Shown here: in pieces, positions 57,244 through 64,000 of the stretch | Layout of the letters: each line of letters starts with the position of its first letter | Numbering within the stretch: position 1 is the first letter of the stretch | NCBI GenBank assembly: GCA_000995065.1 | Contig: LBWX01000002.1 | Coordinates: 223,708-287,707, forward strand | Source: a candidate division CPR2 bacterium GW2011_GWC2_39_35 | GTDB taxonomy: Bacteria > Patescibacteriota > CPR2 | Direction of reading: 5' to 3' | Length of the DNA stretch: 64,000 nucleotides | Position numbers and translations under genes: made by a program | The notes under the pieces: model-generated | The model's input: only the letters and a program-made list of their open reading frames with translations | The model's database searches: none | What the model was told of the DNA's origin: nothing

Positions 57244-58282
57244 AGAAAGAGTAACGGTTGATATAAGTGTTTGGTCTGTATTAAAAGTAATATTAGCTCT
57301 TATTTTAGTAGCGCTAGTTTACTATCTAAGAGAAATAATTATACTGGTTTTTATTGCTTTTATTTTGACAACGACCTTAGAGCCAACTATCGATAGACTC
57401 CAGAGGAGAAAAGTTCCGAGGGGACTCGCCATTGCAGGGTCGTTTGCCGTAATTATTAGCATCGTCTATTTAGCTTTTGCTTCTATTATTCCTAAGCTGT
57501 CTGAACAAATAAGTGTTCTAGCCGGTAATTTGCCAACTATTGTTCAGCAATTAGGAAATCAGCTTTTTGCAAACAATCCTCAATTGGCGTCTGATTTATC
57601 CAATCAGGCAATAGAATATGCTAAAAATTTTAGGGCTTCGGTGCCTTCTGGTTTGGTGAGCGGCTTTTTTTCTACGGCGGCAGGTGTTTTTGGCTTTTTT
57701 GTAAGCGTAATTGCGGTCCTAGCCCTTACTTTTTATATGCTTTTAGAGAAAGTGGGTGCAGGAAGACCAATCTTTAAATATATCCCTGTTAATGAAAAAA
57801 ATAGGGCTATTCACATTTTTGATAAGATAACAAAGAAGCTAAGTAATTGGCTTAAAGGGCAGTTTGTTTTGTCTGGTTTTATCGGTGTTATTACTTATAT
57901 TGTGCTCATGGTAGTCGGCCTTAGAGATATGGCTTTGGCTTTAAGTCTATTTGCGGCTCTTATGGAGCTTATCCCTGTAATCGGTCCTTTTATCGCGCTA
58001 ATTCCGGCGGCTCTTCTGGCGCTCACAATTTCTCCGGCGACAGCTATAGCAGTCATGATTGCCTATCTAATAATTCAGCAGATAGAAAACCACATTTTAG
58101 TGCCTCAAGTAATGAGAAAAGCGGTGGGATTAAGTCCGCTCGTTATTCTTGTCGGAATTCTGATCGGCGCTAAAGTTTTAGGAATAATTGGAATCTTGCT
58201 AGCCGTACCCATTATTGCTTCTCTCCATGTTATTCTAGAAGAACTTTATGGGGCAAATAGCAAAACTCAAACACGACATTAA
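57221..58282 (+). CDS. AI-2E family transporter (PerM/UPF0118)
   Basis: Eight transmembrane segments and a conserved proline-rich ELIPVIGPFIALIPAA segment. Confidence 0.8.
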   Translation: MLERQMNKERVTVDISVWSVLKVILALILVALVYYLREIIILVFIAFILTTTLEPTIDRLQRRKVPRGLAIAGSFAVIISIVYLAFASIIPKLSEQISVLAGNLPTIVQQLGNQLFANNPQLASDLSNQAIEYAKNFRASVPSGLVSGFFSTAAGVFGFFVSVIAVLALTFYMLLEKVGAGRPIFKYIPVNEKNRAIHIFDKITKKLSNWLKGQFVLSGFIGVITYIVLMVVGLRDMALALSLFAALMELIPVIGPFIALIPAALLALTISPATAIAVMIAYLIIQQIENHILVPQVMRKAVGLSPLVILVGILIGAKVLGIIGILLAVPIIASLHVILEELYGANSKTQTRH

Positions 58283-58313
58283 CACTACGTAAAAGATATT
58301 TTAAGGAGGATAC

Positions 58314-58937
58314 TTGGAAATTATTTGGTATGGACAAAGTGCCTTTAAACTGACGGGAAAAAATATAACGATTTTTATGGATCCTTATTCTGAACCAGAA
58401 AAATACAAATGGAAACCAATCAAAACCGCGGCCGATGTGGTTATTATTACTCATGATCATTGGGATCATAACAATGTAGCGGCCATATCCGGTGATCCTG
58501 TGGTTTTTGATATGCCTGGAGATTACGAAGTAAAAGGAATTACCTTTAAGGGTATAGAATCCAGACACGGCGCGGATGTTGATCTTCCAAATACTATGTT
58601 TGTGATTAAAATTGATGACATGACGGTGGCACATTTGGGTGATCTGGGCGAATCGTTATCATCTACCCAATTGGAAAAACTAAACGGAGTGGACGTATTG
58701 CTGGTGCCAGTTGGGGGAACATATACACTAGATGACGAAGAGGCAGTTGGAGTGGTGAACCAGATTGAACCCAAAATTATTATTCCAATGCATTATGGGC
58801 CGAATCATCCAGAATTGCTGCCAGTTGATAATTTTGTAAAAGAGATCGGTATGGAGCCGGAGAAAACAGCCAAGCTAAAAATCGTAAAGAAAGATTTGCC
58901 CGAAGAGCCGAAATTAGTAATCTTGGAAATACAATAG
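58314..58937 (+). CDS. Metallo-beta-lactamase-fold hydrolase (UPF0173-like)
   Basis: IITHDHWDH metal-binding motif and the N-terminal MEIIWYGQSAFKL. Confidence 0.75.
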   Translation: MEIIWYGQSAFKLTGKNITIFMDPYSEPEKYKWKPIKTAADVVIITHDHWDHNNVAAISGDPVVFDMPGDYEVKGITFKGIESRHGADVDLPNTMFVIKIDDMTVAHLGDLGESLSSTQLEKLNGVDVLLVPVGGTYTLDDEEAVGVVNQIEPKIIIPMHYGPNHPELLPVDNFVKEIGMEPEKTAKLKIVKKDLPEEPKLVILEIQ

Positions 58938-59079
58938 ATAGGTTAATAGGCTAATGGGTGGATGGCTAATAGGTTTGCAAGTTACTAGGTAAAGGGCTTC
59001 ATCTTGGCGTCATCCAGGACCTCCTCATTTTAGAGTTAAGAGTCAAGAAGAAAGAGCAAAGTAAAATTAGGAGCTAAAT

Positions 59080-59658
59080 ATGAAAGTTTTAGGGATAGTC
59101 GGATCTTTTAGAAGCGGAGGTAATACCGAGATTACGGTAAGAGAAGCCTTAGAGCGTGCCAAAGAAAAGGGAGCAGAAACCGACATCATTTTGTTAAAAG
59201 ACTATCAGATAAATCCATGTCGAGGTTGCGGGGCCTGCAAAGACGGCGAATGTATTCAAAAAGATAATATGAAGAAACTTATTCCTAAAATAACGAGCGC
59301 TGACGCTATTATTATCGGGAGCCCGGTTTATTATGGCGGCATTACGGGCGGTCTTAAATGTCTCTTAGATCGTTTTCGTCCATTAAAGCTTAATGGTGAC
59401 CAATTAAAGAATAAAATTGGCGGAATTATTGTTGTTGGAAATCGCTGGGGGCATACAAACGTTATGGAAACAATCAACCATTTCTTTTGCGCTCAAGGCA
59501 TGTTATCTGTACCAATTTTTACTCATCCTGGCATGGGGGCTCAAATTATTGCTTCTCAAATTGGCGACGCTGCAAAGAACGAAGATAACCTTGTTGTATC
59601 GAGAATGGTCGGGGAGAGAGTGGTAGAAATTTTTGAGGCTATGAATAAAAATGAATGA
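59080..59658 (+). CDS. NADPH-dependent FMN reductase / iron-sulfur flavoprotein-like
   Basis: Flavodoxin-like GIVGSFRSGGNTE and a compact Cys cluster CRGCGACKDGEC. Confidence 0.7.
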   Translation: MKVLGIVGSFRSGGNTEITVREALERAKEKGAETDIILLKDYQINPCRGCGACKDGECIQKDNMKKLIPKITSADAIIIGSPVYYGGITGGLKCLLDRFRPLKLNGDQLKNKIGGIIVVGNRWGHTNVMETINHFFCAQGMLSVPIFTHPGMGAQIIASQIGDAAKNEDNLVVSRMVGERVVEIFEAMNKNE

Positions 59659-59835
59659 TTTAAAAAGTATTCTAACTCCTAAATAATTGGGAAAGTGATG
59701 ACATATATGATATTGCATTGCATTGGGCTGACAAATCAATCGAAAATTGTCTTGAGTCAGAAAAATTATGGAAGCTAGTTAGAAAATAGCTAAAGGACCA
59801 AGTAGAAAAATCAAGAATCTACAAAAATTAGAAAT

Positions 59836-59860
59836 TCAAAAACCCCCTTCCGGGAGTTTT
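59836..59860. terminator. Short GC hairpin with flanking A/T tracts (terminator for rpmB on the minus strand)
   Basis: aaaaaCCCCCttccGGGAGtttt. Confidence 0.45.
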
Positions 59861-59884
59861 ATCAAGTTTTTTTACGAATTAAGT

Positions 59885-60082
59885 TTAAGCAGCTTTTGCT
59901 GCGTTTTTTGATTGCGTTTTAATGCATTTGGCGCAGGCTTTAACTCTTAAAGTCTTGTTATCAACAACCACGGTGGTTTGCTGAATATTTGGGAGCCAAC
60001 GTCTTTTAGTTTTTCGGTGAGAGTGGCTGACGGAAAAGCCGGAAATTGCTCCTTTGCCACAGATTGTGCAAACATTTGCCAT
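59885..60082 (-). CDS. rpmB: Ribosomal protein bL28
   Basis: MANVCTICGKGAISG...SHSHRKTKRRWLPN. Confidence 0.85.
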   Translation of the reverse strand: MANVCTICGKGAISGFSVSHSHRKTKRRWLPNIQQTTVVVDNKTLRVKACAKCIKTQSKNAAKAA

Positions 60083-60155
60083 TTATTTCTCCTTGAATAT
60101 AATTGTATTAATACGAGAAAAATGATATCATAATTAAGTTAAAAAGTCAATTATT

Positions 60156-60779
60156 ATGGAAACTACATTCGCATCATTTCTCTTTAAATTTCTGATAATG
60201 GCTGTTGCTTTTTTTGTGGCTATTACGATTCACGAATTTGCTCATGCCTGGACAGCAAATTATCTGGGAGATGACACAGCAAAACATCATGGTCGGATAT
60301 CTTTAAATCCCATTGTTCATTTTGATCCAATAGGCTCATCCATGATTCTTATAGGGCTTTTGCTTCAGGCGCCTTATGTTTTCGGATGGGGTAAGCCGGT
60401 TCCTGTAAATCCGAACCGTTTTAGTAACCCTAAAGTAGGATGGGCCTTGGTTTCTTTTGCCGGACCGTTAGCTAACCTTGTGTTAGTTTTATTTTTTAGC
60501 TTGGCCGCTAAAGTGTCGGGCAATTTTGCTATTGCCAGTTTGCTCGAAAACTTTATTTGGATAAACATCATCTTAGCTGTATTTAATCTAATGCCAATAC
60601 CTCCTCTCGACGGCTCTAAAATACTGTATGCGTTTTTACCTAAAAATGTTGATATTTATCAGCTTGAAGCTGCCGGGCCTTTTATTCTCTTATTTCTTCT
60701 TTTTACAGGAGCGCTTCATAGCATTATGTGGCCGGTTGTGACAATGGTGATGAGTATAGTCGGGATATATTCAATCTAG
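60156..60779 (+). CDS. M50-like site-2-protease-family membrane metalloprotease
   Basis: HEFAHA (HExxH) within a transmembrane helix and a downstream LDG motif (PPLDGSK). Confidence 0.8.
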   Translation: METTFASFLFKFLIMAVAFFVAITIHEFAHAWTANYLGDDTAKHHGRISLNPIVHFDPIGSSMILIGLLLQAPYVFGWGKPVPVNPNRFSNPKVGWALVSFAGPLANLVLVLFFSLAAKVSGNFAIASLLENFIWINIILAVFNLMPIPPLDGSKILYAFLPKNVDIYQLEAAGPFILLFLLFTGALHSIMWPVVTMVMSIVGIYSI

Positions 60780-60787
60780 AGGTCTTG

Positions 60788-60870
60788 CGGTAATAGTAGC
60801 ATAGTTGGCCTAATGCGCTGGACTGTGGGGGTCCAGAGATCGCCCGTACGGGGGTCCCCCGTATTAGTAA
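60788..60870 (+). pseudogene. Degenerate tRNA-Pro-like sequence ending in a perfect 17-nt palindrome (TACGGGGGTCCCCCGTA)
   Basis: D-arm GCAT-AGTTGGCCTA-ATGC and anticodon-arm CTGGA..GGG..TCCAG parallel the adjacent tRNA-Pro(GGG). The anticodon loop is 9 nt or carries G33. There is no T-arm and no pairing acceptor. Confidence 0.45.
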
Positions 60871-60871
60871 T

Positions 60872-60947
60872 CGGAGCGTGGCGTAGTTGGTAGCGCGCTG
60901 GGCTGGGGGTCCAGAGGTCGTGGGTTCGAATCCCGCCGCTCCGACCA
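60872..60947 (+). tRNA. tRNA-Pro(GGG), CCA encoded
   Basis: Acceptor CGGAGCG/CGCTCCG, D-stem GCGT/GCGC, anticodon arm CTGGG-CTGGGGG-TCCAG, T-arm GTGGG-TTCGAAT-CCCGC. Confidence 0.85.
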
Positions 60948-61057
60948 TTTTACGCCACTGAAGCGGGAAATGGTCCAAATTAAGAATTATGTTTGGTTTA
61001 TGGCTTCAAGTGGCAGGCCGGGGACAGGAAACAGTAATCAGTTAACAGGAATTAGAA

Positions 61058-61600
61058 ATGCTTGAAAAAAAATGGCAACTTCTAAACTCGGAAAGTGTTT
61101 TAGATTGCAAATGGCTGAAAGTAGAGAAAAATAGCTACAAAACTCCTGCCGGACGTGAGATACCTGAGTATTATGTGGAGGCTGATGCTGATTCGGCGGT
61201 AATTTTTTGTATAACCGAGGATGATAAGGTCTTAATTGAAGAGCAGTATCGAGCTGGTCTGGGAAAAGTAAGCTTAGATCTGCCGGGAGGACGGATTGAT
61301 GATGGTGAAGATGCCTCAGAAGCTATTAAGCGCGAGCTTTTAGAAGAAACTGGTTACGAAGCTCAGAATGTCGAGTTTCTAGGAAAATTTTCAAAAAATC
61401 CCGCCCGATCAAGAAATTTTCACTATATTTACTTTGCCGAGAATGTCAAAAAGGTAAGCGATCCTCACACGGATGATAGAGATGATATAAAATTACTGCA
61501 GGTACCATTAGAAGAGATATTTGATTATCTAAATGATGGTAAAATCGAATGTATCGGTTGTGCAGCGGCAATTAGTCTTGTAAAAAATAGATTTAATTAA
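61058..61600 (+). CDS. NUDIX hydrolase (ADP-ribose pyrophosphatase-like)
   Basis: Nudix box GGRIDDGEDASEAIKRELLEETGY. Confidence 0.85.
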   Translation: MLEKKWQLLNSESVLDCKWLKVEKNSYKTPAGREIPEYYVEADADSAVIFCITEDDKVLIEEQYRAGLGKVSLDLPGGRIDDGEDASEAIKRELLEETGYEAQNVEFLGKFSKNPARSRNFHYIYFAENVKKVSDPHTDDRDDIKLLQVPLEEIFDYLNDGKIECIGCAAAISLVKNRFN

Positions 61601-61611
61601 AAGGAAATCAT

Positions 61612-62034
61612 ATGGCAGGCATTTTAGACATTTACACTGATGGTGGAGCCAGGGGAAATCCAGGCCATTCCGGGATAGGGGTAGTTTTTAAAGTAAATGG
61701 CGAAGTGGTTGCCAATTTTAAAGAATATATTGGTATTACCACCAACAATCAGGCCGAATATCAGGCGGTTCTTTTAGCCATAAAGCATTTAAAAAATTTT
61801 CCTCATGAAGCCGTAAATTTTTATTTAGATAGCCAATTAGTAGTTTGTCAGGTGAACGGCACTTATAAGGTAAAGAACGCCGAATTAAGGCCATTGTATC
61901 AGCAAATTAAGGATATGCTATTTTTTGAAAACGTCAAGTTTGCCTATATTCCTCGTGAGAAAAATCAGGAAGCAGATAGGCTCGTAAATCAAGCCATAGA
62001 TGGGTATCTCAATAATAAAACTACTAGCCAATAA
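61612..62034 (+). CDS. rnhA: Ribonuclease HI
   Basis: DIYTDGGARGNPG (catalytic Asp), NNQAEYQAVLLAI, and DSQLVVCQ... Confidence 0.85.
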   Translation: MAGILDIYTDGGARGNPGHSGIGVVFKVNGEVVANFKEYIGITTNNQAEYQAVLLAIKHLKNFPHEAVNFYLDSQLVVCQVNGTYKVKNAELRPLYQQIKDMLFFENVKFAYIPREKNQEADRLVNQAIDGYLNNKTTSQ

Positions 62035-62136
62035 CTCATAGACAAACAAAACACTTGTCAGATAAATAGAAAAAATGAGATTATATTTATAGGAGCGTTT
62101 TTTTAATACAATGCTACCATTGTTTATTTTTGAAAA

Positions 62137-63708
62137 ATGGAAAACAAAACAAATACAATTGAGAAAGTTGACGTTACCCTGAAAGACATCGTAAAGGAAT
62201 CTGAGGGTAAGGTAAAAAAACCGTCTAGGATAAAGCCGCATCATAAAAAAATTGCCGCTTGGATGGTTATTTTAATTGTGGTCTTTTCGCTTCTTATTAT
62301 TGTGGCCGGCGCTATTTATGCTCATCAATCAATTTATGAGAATAAGGTTTATCCGGGAGTTGTTGTTTGGGGTGAGCCGGTTGGCGGTAAAACCGTAAAT
62401 GAAGTCCAGCAGCTAATAACAGACAAGGTTAAAAATTATAAGGTTACTTTAGCTAGCCCAGATCAAACTTATGAGCCAACGGCCGACGAACTTGGACTTG
62501 TGTTTAACATCGAAACTATGGCTCTAAGCGCTTATTCTAAGGGAAGGACGGGATCGTTCACAAATAATATTGTTACCAGAACGAGGCTTTTAGGCATGAA
62601 CATCGAATGGAATCCGGCAAAAAACTTCTTTCGGGCTAAAGAACTTGAGATTTCGCCGAGCTTTACTTTTTATGAAACGAAACTGGATAATTATATTGCA
62701 AAGATTTCCGAGAACCTGACTATTAAGGAAAAAGATTCGGAAGTTAAGGTAAATGGGGGAAGCATAGAGATTGTCCCGGCCGTATACGGACGCCAGGTAG
62801 AGACAGAAGATTTGAGCAAGGATTTAAAGGGTGCTGTTAAGAGACTTCAGTCTAAAATGATCGAGATAAAAACAATATCGGTTAAACCTAAAATTGTTGA
62901 TACGGCTGCTGATAAGGTAGTAAGTGAGGCTCAGGAAATAACTAACCGCCCGGTTGCTCTTACTTATCTTGCTGAGACTTATAAGCCCGACAAAGAAACC
63001 ATTACTTCTTGGGTCGTGTTTGTAAAAGAAGAAAGCTCCGAGAACTATAAATTAGTAGTTGATCCCGCTAAGATGAAAAATTATTTCTCATTTTTGTCAT
63101 CTAAGATTTATGCGGCTCCGGTACATAAGAAAGTAAAAGTCGAAAACGGGGGTGCCCAGACTGTAACTCAGGAAGGGAAGGACGGTATCGCATTAGACGA
63201 AGGCTTGCTTGGCAGACAAATCGCTGATGCATTACCAAAAAGTGAGGCCATCAATATAGCTATTCCGACTTATGCCATAAAATATAAAACTGAATACGAA
63301 AACGTGTTGGTGGCAGATTGGGCTAAATATATTGAGATTAATATTTCTACTCAGACAATGACGGCTTATGAGCAGGGCGGCAAAATTGTCGGCCAGTGGA
63401 AAGTAACCACCGGAGCAAGCTATACCCCCACACCGGTTGGAACATGGCTCATTCATGGAAAAACGGCGGTTACAAGGATGACGGGGGGAACGCCCGGAAT
63501 TGATTATTATGACCTACCGAATGTTCATTGGGTGAGTTGGTTTAAGGGCGGCGGGTACTCTATCCACGAAGCCTATTGGCGAACCAGTTTTGGCGGCATG
63601 GATTATACCTGGAATGGGTCTCACGGGTGCGTTAATTCGCCAATTGATGTGGCCAAATTTATTTACGACTGGGCGCCGGTTGGAACTCCGGTGGTAGTAC
63701 ACTATTAA
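62137..63708 (+). CDS. L,D-transpeptidase family protein (YkuD catalytic domain), membrane-anchored
   Basis: N-terminal transmembrane segment and the C-terminal catalytic SHGCVNSP motif with the upstream His. Confidence 0.8.
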   Translation: MENKTNTIEKVDVTLKDIVKESEGKVKKPSRIKPHHKKIAAWMVILIVVFSLLIIVAGAIYAHQSIYENKVYPGVVVWGEPVGGKTVNEVQQLITDKVKNYKVTLASPDQTYEPTADELGLVFNIETMALSAYSKGRTGSFTNNIVTRTRLLGMNIEWNPAKNFFRAKELEISPSFTFYETKLDNYIAKISENLTIKEKDSEVKVNGGSIEIVPAVYGRQVETEDLSKDLKGAVKRLQSKMIEIKTISVKPKIVDTAADKVVSEAQEITNRPVALTYLAETYKPDKETITSWVVFVKEESSENYKLVVDPAKMKNYFSFLSSKIYAAPVHKKVKVENGGAQTVTQEGKDGIALDEGLLGRQIADALPKSEAINIAIPTYAIKYKTEYENVLVADWAKYIEINISTQTMTAYEQGGKIVGQWKVTTGASYTPTPVGTWLIHGKTAVTRMTGGTPGIDYYDLPNVHWVSWFKGGGYSIHEAYWRTSFGGMDYTWNGSHGCVNSPIDVAKFIYDWAPVGTPVVVHY

Positions 63709-63805
63709 ATAGGAAATAGGAAATAGGAAATAGGAAATAGGAAATAGGAAATAGGAAATAGGAAATAGGAAATAGGAAATAGGAAATAGGAAATAGGAAA
63801 TAGGA
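63708..63805. repeat. Tandem heptanucleotide repeat (AATAGGA) x14
   Basis: A perfect 98-nt microsatellite starting at the stop codon of the L,D-transpeptidase gene, followed by the inverted word TCCTAATT. Confidence 0.95.
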
Positions 63806-64000
63806 ATCTCATTCCTAATTATCCTTAAAGCCCTGATCTTTGAAACAAAAAAAGACCTTTTGGTCTGTCATTTATATTCTTAAAATGAATGACAAGAGAG
63901 AAAGAATTTTTTGCGACCTCGCCGGGCAAGGGTAGCAGCAGAGCAAATGGATTTTCGATACATGATCGTTTTTCTCATTTGAATAACTGCTATCCTTTAT

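Noticed and set aside
60724-60978. 84-aa minus-strand ORF
   Set aside because: It spans tRNA-Pro(GGG) and the upstream tRNA-like sequence in antisense.
63708-63805. Possible CRISPR array
   Set aside because: It is a perfect 7-nt tandem repeat with no spacers and no cas genes: a microsatellite, not CRISPR. No CRISPR-like repeat-spacer arrays were seen anywhere in the window.

Overview
This is a gene-dense, AT-rich bacterial window with about 60 protein-coding genes, 9 tRNA genes with genomically encoded CCA ends, and 2 degenerate tRNA-like sequences. No rRNA genes, CRISPR arrays, or recognisable transposase or integrase genes are present. The gene content looks like a reduced-genome uncultivated bacterium of the CPR/Patescibacteria type: many small hypothetical membrane or secreted proteins, five nucleotide pyrophosphohydrolase genes, a DUF2298 'YYY' membrane protein and a cytosolic NiFe hydrogenase. 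That taxonomic assignment is inference only.

Main features, in order:
- **1-5.2 kb:** a partial two-component system followed by a four-gene group-3 (sulfhydrogenase-like) NiFe hydrogenase operon in beta-gamma-delta-alpha order, with a convergent hypC.
- **5.3-6.7 kb:** tRNAs including one with anticodon TAT (Ile, AUA-decoding), an FtsB-like gene and a NUDIX hydrolase gene.
- **7.2-10.6 kb:** a cluster of secreted or membrane proteins including a C39-like cysteine peptidase.
- **11-31 kb:** housekeeping and cell-envelope genes (ftsH, murJ, lepA, uppP, two DedA genes, M16, ndk, a PpiC-type isomerase, U32 and M24 peptidases).
- **31.8-36.1 kb:** an OmpR-type two-component system co-transcribed with an alpha/alpha-toroid (terpene-cyclase-like) protein carrying DLDDTS and DDLHD motifs.
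- **36.9-41.0 kb:** recQ, then an ABC exporter on the minus strand.
- **41.1-50.4 kb:** the most unusual region. It is an accessory island abutting the 3' end of a tRNA-Asp gene and bounded by two copies of a roughly 84-nt element with inverted terminal repeats. It encodes:
  - a 910-aa sigma-70-like protein with three C-terminal tandem repeats of about 95 residues;
  - an immunity-protein-like gene with an LALW..DCAE motif;
  - a degenerate M23-like protein;
  - an alpha/beta hydrolase;
  - a 461-aa protein with an Rx4H HEPN-like motif, possibly an abortive-infection protein.
- **50.4-64 kb:** a processive family-2 glycosyltransferase, tRNAs, rplY, rpmB, an M50 protease, a NUDIX hydrolase, rnhA and an L,D-transpeptidase, ending in a 14-copy heptamer microsatellite.

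Two dispersed families of intergenic 'word' repeats built from CAAA-type words recur throughout the window. They form long imperfect palindromes.
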